IMG/VR virus record: IMGVR_UViG_3300026484_000053
Coordinates: 129,701-193,700 of that record
DNA length: 64,000 nt
Reading direction: 5' to 3' (one strand)
Origin: a virus
Of the stretch, positions 1-8,671 are shown piece after piece. Positions within the stretch are counted from its first letter, which is position 1. Every line of letters begins with the position of its first letter. The translations under genes were made by a program, and so were the position numbers. Below the pieces are notes generated by a model. That model saw only the letters and a program-made list of their open reading frames with translations, had not been told where the DNA came from and ran no database searches.

Positions 1-309
1 AAATAACGTAGCACTAGGTGCCTGACATTCAAGTAACTGCATAGGTTGAGTATAACTGTCACTTCCATCTGATGTTATTTTAACTACGCAGCATTGCGTA
101 TCCGTCCAACAATGAAGCAGTATAGTATCTCCATCAGCAAACACTACTCCTTGACCATCCCAGTCAGCGTCTTCTGAATCGAAGCTGACTTGTTGGTTTT
201 CTGTTGCATGGTCATCGCTTGTATTACCGGTTTCGTAATGGAAACCATTATAATCACAATCTAACGCTACCTCGTCCTTGTCTACTATATCACTAACAAA
301 ACTAGACAT
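1..309 (-). CDS. Partial virion structural protein (runs off window end)
   Basis: Hand-translated open frame MSSFVSDIVDKDEVALDCDY...; not in ORF track; acidic like its neighbours. Confidence 0.75.
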   Translation of the reverse strand, partial: MSSFVSDIVDKDEVALDCDYNGFHYETGNTSDDHATENQQVSFDSEDADWDGQGVVFADGDTILLHCWTDTQCCVVKITSDGSDSYTQPMQLLECQAPSATLF

Positions 310-403
310 TATAAGTCCTGTCTAAACCAATAAGTACTAATAACACTATTAAAGTGCTGCCTATGTTTAATGCCATCATTTTCAAAAATATTAAAAAACT
401 CAT
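302..403 (-). CDS. 33-aa hydrophobic small protein
   Basis: MSFLIFLKMMALNIGSTLIVLLVLIGLDRTYNV; AGGAG SD upstream; stop overlaps next start. Confidence 0.55.
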   Translation of the reverse strand: MSFLIFLKMMALNIGSTLIVLLVLIGLDRTYNV

Positions 404-411
404 CTTATCTC

Positions 412-1677
412 CTATTCTCCATCTGCGAAGTCCCATGGTACTTCTATTGTACCATCGAATTCTTTAGTCTTAACGTAGAACGCTGTAATTTCTTTAGCGT
501 CGCCATCTATCTGCATTAATTCGAAGTTCGTGCTACTATCTGGGTTAGTAAGATCAGGTACAAATACTTGGAATTTCTTTTCAGAAACGTCACTACTTGG
601 GTATGATTTAACTAATTCTATAACAGTACTAGCATCATCTCCTATAATCTCAGCTACTTTATCTAAGAAGTATTCTTTAACTTTTAATCCAGGTACAGGT
701 ATAGCAACCATTTGGAATCGGTTAGGTTGAAGTATAATAGTACCAGCTCCTCCACCTTCTGCACCTGATCCACAAACATCGAATGTAATAGTAAAGTCTT
801 CTGTTTTTTCATGCCAGTCGTCTTCATCATCAGTAGTTCTAAGAACTAATCTATAATCTCCCTCGTATTGGAATGGATATTCATATGTTATTTCTGTACC
901 ACTATCTATTTCTTCCCAAGTATCGTCTGTATCATCGTCTGGAGTGTCGTTGTCATCTTTTTTATATAATTTCCAAGTATAAGTTAATTCGTCTATCGCA
1001 TCATCTGTATCAGTACTTGTAGCTGTCCACTTATACGCAGGTATACATACACCTGCATCTTCTCTCGTGCTATCACTAACAGGTGGTATATTACTCATAT
1101 TCATTATTTTAGTCACGTCTGCATTCTGGGTTTGCCAACCATCCCAGTATTCTACTTTTAAGTGAAGTTCAATGCCGTCTTCTTTAGTTTCAAAAACGTG
1201 ACTAAACGTACTATCGTCTTCAACATCTACTACTTCATCAGTACCGTCTTTATAGTAATCTACATCTACTCTGTCTATTCTACCGTATTGTTTTGGTATC
1301 GTGTCGTCTCTAATATCATCGTGTTCTTGCGTAAATTCGACAGTATCTAGAACAGTTGGAGCTGCTGGAGTCCAACTAAAATCCAATACAGGTGTTTCAT
1401 ATACAAGAGCTTCTACATCTAAGTTTGTCTCGTGTTGGTATATATTATCCCATCCATCATTAAAATCTACTTCTGTATGTATGTGTTTAGCACCAGAACT
1501 TTCGTATATTTTATTTTGCGTATCTGTATTTACTTCATCTGTTAACGTAGTATCGTTATTAGAACCATCTAAAAGAGTATCTTCTATTAACCAATCAAGA
1601 GTATCTATTTGCACAGCTGTGTTGTCGTCTTGAACGTTCCAAGTATATCGTACCGTTTCTCTACCGTATATTGCCAT
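412..1677 (-). CDS. Virion protein with PKD/Ig-like domains
   Basis: PVLDFSWTP..P..LDTVEFT and YTW...GDYRLVLRTTD PKD-like strands; D/T-rich; structural operon. Confidence 0.6.
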   Translation of the reverse strand: MAIYGRETVRYTWNVQDDNTAVQIDTLDWLIEDTLLDGSNNDTTLTDEVNTDTQNKIYESSGAKHIHTEVDFNDGWDNIYQHETNLDVEALVYETPVLDFSWTPAAPTVLDTVEFTQEHDDIRDDTIPKQYGRIDRVDVDYYKDGTDEVVDVEDDSTFSHVFETKEDGIELHLKVEYWDGWQTQNADVTKIMNMSNIPPVSDSTREDAGVCIPAYKWTATSTDTDDAIDELTYTWKLYKKDDNDTPDDDTDDTWEEIDSGTEITYEYPFQYEGDYRLVLRTTDDEDDWHEKTEDFTITFDVCGSGAEGGGAGTIILQPNRFQMVAIPVPGLKVKEYFLDKVAEIIGDDASTVIELVKSYPSSDVSEKKFQVFVPDLTNPDSSTNFELMQIDGDAKEITAFYVKTKEFDGTIEVPWDFADGE

Positions 1678-4202
1678 TAGTGTGTGTACCCCTCTACATT
1701 AGTCTCATAAGTTATAGCTGAGCTGAGCTCAAATGGCGTTGCTTCAAAATCTCTATCTGTTTCATAGTAAACTACTCCACCATTACCAGATGTATTGTCT
1801 TCTCCAATCGTAGCGTCATCAGTATCATCTCTCCAACCGGTATCTATTCTAACTTGTAAATGAACATTTTTATTCAGGTTAGACGACGTAGCGCCATCTA
1901 TAGCTGTGTAAGGTTTTCTACTTGGTGTCTGCCAAGTAAACGCTTGATCTGCTCTTACTTGTTCATCATCTCTAATTGTAATTACGTCGTTATCAGTACC
2001 GAACTCAACGTCATTAAAAGTCCACTTTTCGTCTAGCTCTCTAGACGTATCTCCTGTACTATCATTTGTATAGAGTACTTCCATCTTACCAATTGTTTCA
2101 GTATTATTAGCTATAACAGGCGTAAGTAAATAATCCATTTTTGTCACTACTTTAGTTAAATGCACTTCTCTCTCGCAATAACCGTCATCGTAGTAATAAG
2201 TCATTGTAACGTTTTCATCAGTATTATCTTGGAACTTATGAGTAGGTTGTAAATCCTTATCTGTATCGTGAGATATAGTTTGTGTATTATCAACTATATC
2301 GTTACCGTAATCTGAGCTGTCAGGATTCCATTTATTATAATGATCTTCTATAGTCCAACTATAAGATCTAAATCTGTTATCGTCATCAGTACTTTCGTTA
2401 GTAAATGTAACTACCTGCGTTCTATCAGTAGGAGTAATGTCCCAAGAGAATTTAGCTTCTAATCCTTCGTACACTATTGGAGTTAACGTATGAGATATTC
2501 TTTTAGTTTGCATCTGATATCCATCATCGTATCGTATAGTTAATTCTACTGTATGCTCGTCTGTGTTTTGGTAATTATGCGACAATAAAGTATCTTTATC
2601 AAGGTCAAGATTAGTTTCGGAGTTATCTGTATCTGCTCCTGGGTTTGGGTTGTCTAGATTGCATGCCTTATATTCGTCATCCGTACTCCAGTCTATTGTA
2701 TATCCTATATCAAAACCATCTTGGGAATATTCAGAACTTGTGTTAGTACAGTCTACTTGTACTGCTCTACCTTGTGGAGCAACGTCGCTAATAGTAAATG
2801 AAGGCGTTACGTCATATTTTACAGGTGTAACTGTGTGAGTAATTGTATCTGTAACGTCTTTCCATCCATCACTGTAAGTTATTACTACAGTAACTTGTTT
2901 AGTATCTAATGAATGAAATTTAACAACTGGTTTTTCTGTATCGCCTATATCATAAGCATTATCTACTGATTGTGTATTATCTGAACTTCCTTCATCGAAT
3001 AAACTAGTTTCGTCTACGTCGAATGTATATAAGTCAGTATCTGGTGCTGGATAGTTATCTTCCATAGTCCAATCATATCTAGATATTTTATCTGTATCTC
3101 CTGAAGTATTAGCAGGATCAAACGTTACGTCTTGGTTTCTATTTCTAGGTTCTGCATCCCATGTGAACTCAGGAACTATAGTAAAAGGATAGATATCTAT
3201 ATATTGTACATCTTGAACTTCTAGGTCGTCAAATCCGTCATTCCAATAACATATAAGAGTTATCTTCTTAGTACCTTCACTCTGGAAAGCATGAGTTGGT
3301 TCGTCAGCGTATTCAGCATCTATGGTTTGAGTATTGTCACTTCCATCTTGGTTTTCATCTTCAATTATCCACTTGTAGTAATAAGGATCACTAAGTCTAT
3401 CATCTAAACAAGTCGTATCGTTATGGAAAGTTATTAGCTCTTGACCTTTTATTTTACTTCCATCCCAGTCATTAGTTTCTGTTGGTGTCCAACTAAAATC
3501 CATTATAGGTTCGTTATACTTTATAGTTATATCTTTACTTACTTCTGTAAATGTATCCCATTTTTCCTTAACTCTCATCTTAAGAGTATAATTTCCACTA
3601 GCTAAAAACGAATACGAATCGTTAGTGTTGTTAGTAATTTCTCTATCTTCTATTTCGTGCCATGTGTATGTAGTATCTATTAGTTGATGACCATCAAACA
3701 TTGCTACGTTATCATATGTTAGTTTTTGACTTGTGTCTTCTCCATAGTCATGCTCTAACCAAGATGTATTTGTATAACTATCTTCTGTCATAGTATAATT
3801 ATGCTGAGTAAGAGTTGCGTCTGGAAATGAGTAAGAGTCTATAATAGGTACTCTTTTAGGTTCCATTGTTATGTTTATTTCTAGGTCATCATCATTAGGT
3901 ATAACGTGTTGATGAAATACAGCGTCTGTTAAGTCAAGAGAGTCTATATTTTCTCCACCGCCTAACATATACGCTGTGTAGAATTTATCAGATGTTTTCT
4001 TGTAAATTCCTTCAGAACCAAGGATATTATCATCTTCACATGAGTAAGTGTAATATCCATTAGCATCTGAAGTGTATTTCTCTGTACTCCATCTACTATC
4101 GTCTGATCCACTATCCACTTTCTGGAAATACGGTAAAACTGTAACGCCGTCAAGTTTGTTTCCAGCTTCGTCTTTTATAACGCCGTATACTGAGTATCCC
4201 AT
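1677..4202 (-). CDS. Virion protein with tandem PKD-like repeats (841 aa)
   Basis: At least 4-5 repeats of P.F(S/T)W.P....V.F...S.....Y.W...D....HxF.....VTL.Y.DG. Confidence 0.65.
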   Translation of the reverse strand: MGYSVYGVIKDEAGNKLDGVTVLPYFQKVDSGSDDSRWSTEKYTSDANGYYTYSCEDDNILGSEGIYKKTSDKFYTAYMLGGGENIDSLDLTDAVFHQHVIPNDDDLEINITMEPKRVPIIDSYSFPDATLTQHNYTMTEDSYTNTSWLEHDYGEDTSQKLTYDNVAMFDGHQLIDTTYTWHEIEDREITNNTNDSYSFLASGNYTLKMRVKEKWDTFTEVSKDITIKYNEPIMDFSWTPTETNDWDGSKIKGQELITFHNDTTCLDDRLSDPYYYKWIIEDENQDGSDNTQTIDAEYADEPTHAFQSEGTKKITLICYWNDGFDDLEVQDVQYIDIYPFTIVPEFTWDAEPRNRNQDVTFDPANTSGDTDKISRYDWTMEDNYPAPDTDLYTFDVDETSLFDEGSSDNTQSVDNAYDIGDTEKPVVKFHSLDTKQVTVVITYSDGWKDVTDTITHTVTPVKYDVTPSFTISDVAPQGRAVQVDCTNTSSEYSQDGFDIGYTIDWSTDDEYKACNLDNPNPGADTDNSETNLDLDKDTLLSHNYQNTDEHTVELTIRYDDGYQMQTKRISHTLTPIVYEGLEAKFSWDITPTDRTQVVTFTNESTDDDNRFRSYSWTIEDHYNKWNPDSSDYGNDIVDNTQTISHDTDKDLQPTHKFQDNTDENVTMTYYYDDGYCEREVHLTKVVTKMDYLLTPVIANNTETIGKMEVLYTNDSTGDTSRELDEKWTFNDVEFGTDNDVITIRDDEQVRADQAFTWQTPSRKPYTAIDGATSSNLNKNVHLQVRIDTGWRDDTDDATIGEDNTSGNGGVVYYETDRDFEATPFELSSAITYETNVEGYTH

Positions 4203-4224
4203 ATATTCCTCCTTGTTTTTATTT

Positions 4225-4232
4225 TATTTATA
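4225..4232 (-). promoter_or_regulatory. T4-type late promoter TATAAATA
   Basis: Exact gp55 consensus 23 nt upstream of the 4202 start. Confidence 0.6.
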
Positions 4233-4240
4233 AAGACTAG

Positions 4241-5125
4241 TTATATTTCTCTAAAAGGTATTATAGCTCCATCTGTGTTGTTTATAGTTTCTAAAGATTG
4301 CAGCAATAACATACTAACACCTTTAACTACTAAGTTATCATCTTCATCTGTTTGCATTAATGAAAAGTTAGCATCATTATCATCTGGTGTTTTATAAGGC
4401 TTATAATACCTAATTTTACCAGCATTTTCTTCGTAAGATCTAATGTACTTTATATAGTTACCTATCCAATTATCATCGTCTTTATCGTCCCAGACAAGAT
4501 TATACTTAAAACAAACAGCTTTAGCAAGATCTGATGCTTTAGCTTCTATCGTGTCGTCATTAATCCATTTTCCTTGATCTAAGTCAAAATAACTATATCT
4601 TTCACCTAGGAAACCAAACATATTAAATCCAAGATTCTGAAATATCTTGTCTGCTGTTATTCCACCTTCTCCACCAGAATTAGATGCTACTAAATAAGGT
4701 ACGACAAGTGTTTTAATTAGTCCGTCATTTAAGTCAAAATAACTTGGATCTAGACTTACTGGTTCAACGTAATAAAAACCTTCGCCAATTTGTGTCATAG
4801 TACCACTGTCTAACTCTTCTCCGTCTAAGTCAAATTGTTTGTATGGATTATCTTGGTCTAATACTGATGTGTAAGCAATTACTAATACTTCAGGATCTCC
4901 GACTCTTAATATACTAGACACATCGCTTTGTTTAGCTAGTATAAAGCAATCTGTACTTGGAGTACTTATTGTAGCACTATAGTAATCACCTATAGCACTT
5001 GGGGTAACAGTGTCTTTAGTTCCTAATCCGTCAGCTAAAGTAAATGTCCAGAAGTCAACGTCTGCTGAATCCTTTGAAATTATCTTAAATGATGAATCTG
5101 TAGCTCTAAAATTAGTATGTCTCAT
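4241..5125 (-). CDS. Putative virion structural protein
   Basis: 294-aa ORF; C-terminal domain resembles the C-terminus of 412..1677 (NFxLMQxDxD). Confidence 0.6.
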   Translation of the reverse strand: MRHTNFRATDSSFKIISKDSADVDFWTFTLADGLGTKDTVTPSAIGDYYSATISTPSTDCFILAKQSDVSSILRVGDPEVLVIAYTSVLDQDNPYKQFDLDGEELDSGTMTQIGEGFYYVEPVSLDPSYFDLNDGLIKTLVVPYLVASNSGGEGGITADKIFQNLGFNMFGFLGERYSYFDLDQGKWINDDTIEAKASDLAKAVCFKYNLVWDDKDDDNWIGNYIKYIRSYEENAGKIRYYKPYKTPDDNDANFSLMQTDEDDNLVVKGVSMLLLQSLETINNTDGAIIPFREI

Positions 5126-5153
5126 GATATGTCTTTGATTTTTATTTGTATAG

Positions 5154-5177
5154 AAAACGTACGGCGTAAACCGTACG
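5154..5177 (-). terminator. Rho-independent terminator
   Basis: CGTACGG-6 nt-CCGTACG hairpin followed by TTTT on the - strand, downstream of 5214..5828. Confidence 0.6.
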
Positions 5178-5213
5178 CAAGTGCGTAAGCCAATAAAGAC
5201 TTACAAGTGTCAA

Positions 5214-5828
5214 CTACGATATTGCTATCATTGTTGAAGTTGCACCCATTGACTTTAATTTGTTGTCAATTTCGTCGAATCTTGAGTTACTATTAGTAAC
5301 AGCGTCATCTAATGTGTTTGTTACAACATTATACTTAAGTGCAATGTGTCCAAATTCTGGATGTGCAACAGTTACCATATACTCACCTTCAGCAGCAATT
5401 TGTGCTTCAGCTTTGTAAAGTCCTGTGTTACCAACAGCATTAAGTGTAGTAGCATCAGCGATATCAGCAACTAATGGTTTTTTAAGACCAATAACGTCAC
5501 CACTTACAGAAGTAATGTAGTAGAAGTTACCTGCACCGTCATCAAAAGCTTCACCAACAACTAGTGTAGAACCAGCAGCTAAAGTTAAAGTTTGATCACC
5601 AATTACAGCAGCACCAGCAGTATCACCTGTGTTACCAGAAGCAGTATTTAATAACTCTTCAAATGTTCCAGCACCGTCATTAACAACGTCAGAACCATCA
5701 ATCATTGATTTAATAACCATTGAGAAGTTAGATGCATCACCTAATCTATCAAATTCGGTATCAACACCAGGGTAGAAGCTTACGCCTTTTTTTATATCTC
5801 TTGCCATAAGAAATCCTTGTTTACTCAT
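5214..5828 (-). CDS. Putative virion structural protein
   Basis: 204 aa, A/G/T-rich beta-strand pattern. Confidence 0.6.
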   Translation of the reverse strand: MSKQGFLMARDIKKGVSFYPGVDTEFDRLGDASNFSMVIKSMIDGSDVVNDGAGTFEELLNTASGNTGDTAGAAVIGDQTLTLAAGSTLVVGEAFDDGAGNFYYITSVSGDVIGLKKPLVADIADATTLNAVGNTGLYKAEAQIAAEGEYMVTVAHPEFGHIALKYNVVTNTLDDAVTNSNSRFDEIDNKLKSMGATSTMIAIS

Positions 5829-5883
5829 CAGAGTAATTCTTGCCTTTTTTTGTCATACTTTTCAGGACATATAATCTTTCTAA

Positions 5884-5891
5884 TATTTATA
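5884..5891 (-). promoter_or_regulatory. T4-type late promoter TATAAATA
   Basis: Exact consensus in the intergenic gap upstream of 5828. Confidence 0.55.
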
Positions 5892-5895
5892 TCTA

Positions 5896-6405
5896 CTAGT
5901 AGATGGCTCTCCAACCATTTTTAAGGTCAACAATTTCTTGAGATTGTTTAGATTCTGCAGCTTGCACATCTCCAAGAGCAGCAAGTGTATCAGTCATCAT
6001 ATTACACATATCAGCCATAGAACATGCTTTTAATATAATCTTAACATGTTTCTGAAATAATAAGTCGCTTTCATCACTGTGTAACTTAAGAATAGCTCTT
6101 GTCTCTCTCCATAACGTGTCGCCTACTGATGTTTCGTTTTCCGGTATATCTATATCAAATTTCCATAATCCTGTTTTGTCTTGAAATACACCCTCAGCGT
6201 TTTCTAAAAGATACTCGTCCATTATTGGATCTACTATACTTAGTAAAGGCGTGCCGCTACCGTATTTTGCGAATGCGAAGTATTTTGCATCCATTTCTAT
6301 TTCGTCAGCTGTCTCTACTATACCGTCTTCTAGAACGTGACTAAACCTAGCACATTCTGCTAAATCCAAATCTTCTATAGTATCATATGATTCTGGATAT
6401 GCCAT
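5896..6405 (-). CDS. Hypothetical structural protein
   Basis: 169-aa ORF with AGGAG SD; tiles the operon. Confidence 0.6.
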   Translation of the reverse strand: MAYPESYDTIEDLDLAECARFSHVLEDGIVETADEIEMDAKYFAFAKYGSGTPLLSIVDPIMDEYLLENAEGVFQDKTGLWKFDIDIPENETSVGDTLWRETRAILKLHSDESDLLFQKHVKIILKACSMADMCNMMTDTLAALGDVQAAESKQSQEIVDLKNGWRAIY

Positions 6406-6416
6406 TTAATTCTCCT

Positions 6417-7205
6417 TTAGTAATCAATTATATCACCTATATAACCTTTTATTATAACTTTACCATTATAATAGTCCATCTCTAACTGGCCTAATTTACT
6501 GTGCTTACCAATTAATAGTCCACCTTCGTAATACCAATCTTGGGCTAATATTAACGTGTCTGTAACATGTTGAGGCAATTCTGCTCTAAGTATTTTCTTA
6601 CGTTTTGAATAGAACACGTAGTCTATACTCTGTATTTCATTACCAGTTTGTTGTACATCTATAGTTGTATCTATACTAGATACAACTCCTGTAGTATCAT
6701 TAATAGACCATTGTCTTATTATATGCTCTCCTAATTCCTTAGGAGTATATATTAGTCTATGTGTATCTGCTCCATATACTCGTTCATCATTAAACAATAC
6801 CTCGAAATAAGTATATAAGCTACTTGACAGCTCGTGCATTATTATAGATTTAACTATTGTGTTAGTACTTTCGTCTTGTGCTTGTGCTTCGTCTGAGTTT
6901 TGCACTAAACTTCCATCGTCTATAATATTATGCTCGTAATAGTTATTTCCATCAAACACAATTCTAGCACTGTACGTGTCGTCATTACTTATTATTACTA
7001 CATCGTCTTTGTTAGTGTCTTCACTTAAAGTTAATAAATTACTATCTCCTAAATTAAACTGATAAGCACCAGTCTGATTATCGTAATCTTGTTCTAACAC
7101 ATTACTAAAATCGTATTTAACATATTTCATGTTAACTGTCGTGTTCGTAATAATAGTATCGCTGCCGTCTTTAACAGTACCGTATATACAAGTGTTATGT
7201 ATCAT
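6417..7205 (-). CDS. Hypothetical structural protein (N-terminal beta-sandwich)
   Basis: IYGTVKD...TGAYQFNLGD resembles the N-terminus of 1677..4202. Confidence 0.6.
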   Translation of the reverse strand: MIHNTCIYGTVKDGSDTIITNTTVNMKYVKYDFSNVLEQDYDNQTGAYQFNLGDSNLLTLSEDTNKDDVVIISNDDTYSARIVFDGNNYYEHNIIDDGSLVQNSDEAQAQDESTNTIVKSIIMHELSSSLYTYFEVLFNDERVYGADTHRLIYTPKELGEHIIRQWSINDTTGVVSSIDTTIDVQQTGNEIQSIDYVFYSKRKKILRAELPQHVTDTLILAQDWYYEGGLLIGKHSKLGQLEMDYYNGKVIIKGYIGDIIDY

Positions 7206-7211
7206 ATTCGT

Positions 7212-7877
7212 TTACTTAGTATATCTATATTTAATAGCAAATCCAAGTTGAACATGACCAGAACCTTCAATATCGTCAGGCATTTTAATACTTAGACCTA
7301 ATCTGGCTTCATCTCCTACTTTACCAAGTTTGTTTTCATCTATAGGCTCAGAGTATATATAGCCATCTCTTGCTTCGTCATCAGTAGCACTAACATCTAA
7401 ACATGTGGATTGTGTTTTTATAGCACTAAAATTAAGACCTTGATTGTCATAACCAAGTCCATTAGTTCTTATAAGATCATCTTCTCTATCGTAATGAACT
7501 CTAAGACCCATTTCACCATTATTTTTAGCACTTAATCTAAGTAACTCATAATCAGCTGTACTTGATGTAGGAGCACCATCGTCAGTAACGCCGCCGTTTT
7601 TAAACCAGTTAGGGTTATATGGTTCATGTGCGTCTTCTTCACTAGCAACATATCCTCCCCATTCAATACCTACAGTACGTATGTAATACGCTACATTATA
7701 GATTGGATCTAGCCCATCGTGTCTTAAATAAACAAACCTAGGCAGGTACTCAGTACCTGTTTCTATATCACCAAAGTCTATACCTTGTAAGTTAGTACTT
7801 CCATCATTTTTGTAAAGTGGTTCTATCCAGTCTTCACCATATGATTGATCAGATATTTTAAGTGTTACTGTAGACAT
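7212..7877 (-). CDS. Structural protein, paralog of 7888..8595
   Basis: Shared G(I/L)D(F/L)G, NV.(Y/F)Y, D(Y/F).(E)L, G(L/M)R motifs and C-terminal strands. Confidence 0.6.
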   Translation of the reverse strand: MSTVTLKISDQSYGEDWIEPLYKNDGSTNLQGIDFGDIETGTEYLPRFVYLRHDGLDPIYNVAYYIRTVGIEWGGYVASEEDAHEPYNPNWFKNGGVTDDGAPTSSTADYELLRLSAKNNGEMGLRVHYDREDDLIRTNGLGYDNQGLNFSAIKTQSTCLDVSATDDEARDGYIYSEPIDENKLGKVGDEARLGLSIKMPDDIEGSGHVQLGFAIKYRYTK

Positions 7878-7887
7878 TTAAGCACCT

Positions 7888-8595
7888 TTAAAAAGTATAT
7901 GTAAGTCTCATAGTTAAAGCTACAGATCTTATACCAGCAGCTTCTATATCTGGAATACTTAAAGAAGTTTTTAATACTGCAGCATCGTTGCTAAGATAAT
8001 CAGTCCAAGGTTCTATCCAAGCTTCTTCACCACTAGGAGAATTACCAGCAGTACCAACAGATCCTGCCCATTTACCGTCGTTGTTCAGTAATTTAGAACT
8101 GTCTAACTTGTCCATTACATCAGTAGCTAGTGGAGTTGGATCTACTTCATTCCAAAATCTTAATCTCATACCGTAAAGATAATCGTCGTTATCCACAACA
8201 ACGTCGCCGTCTTCAGTTAATTTACCATCTCCCCAAGCAACTAATTCTCCAAAATCTTTGTCGACTCCATCTCTAGATCCATCTGCTTCGTCTTCATTAG
8301 CAAATCCTGTAGCGTCGCCACGCACGTTTGTACTAACTGTATAATAAAATTGAACGTTAGTAACTGGTTCAGTAGCTGTGTGAGATACAAGTAAAGGAAA
8401 ATCATCACCCTCTTGTAAGTTAGTCATAGCTCCTAAATCAAGTCCTACGCTAGCGTTATCTGCATCACCTACAAATTTAGTACCTAGGTGAGTTGTGTTA
8501 TCTGCGTCTGGTTCTTTATTCCATAAAAACGAGTCTTGCTCTGTAGGAGTTTCGTCTCCGTTCATACTCTGCCAGTAGATAATTGGTTTTGACAT
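7888..8595 (-). CDS. Structural protein, paralog of 7212..7877
   Basis: Motifs shared with 7212..7877; AAGGAAGG SD. Confidence 0.6.
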   Translation of the reverse strand: MSKPIIYWQSMNGDETPTEQDSFLWNKEPDADNTTHLGTKFVGDADNASVGLDLGAMTNLQEGDDFPLLVSHTATEPVTNVQFYYTVSTNVRGDATGFANEDEADGSRDGVDKDFGELVAWGDGKLTEDGDVVVDNDDYLYGMRLRFWNEVDPTPLATDVMDKLDSSKLLNNDGKWAGSVGTAGNSPSGEEAWIEPWTDYLSNDAAVLKTSLSIPDIEAAGIRSVALTMRLTYTF

Positions 8596-8652
8596 TTGCC
8601 TTCCTTATTGTTTATTTTCTTAGTACTTATTATATTACTATTTTTATGTTAT

Positions 8653-8660
8653 TATTTATA
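8653..8660 (-). promoter_or_regulatory. T4-type late promoter TATAAATA
   Basis: Exact consensus in the intergenic gap upstream of 8595. Confidence 0.55.
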
Positions 8661-8671
8661 CTTAGATATTT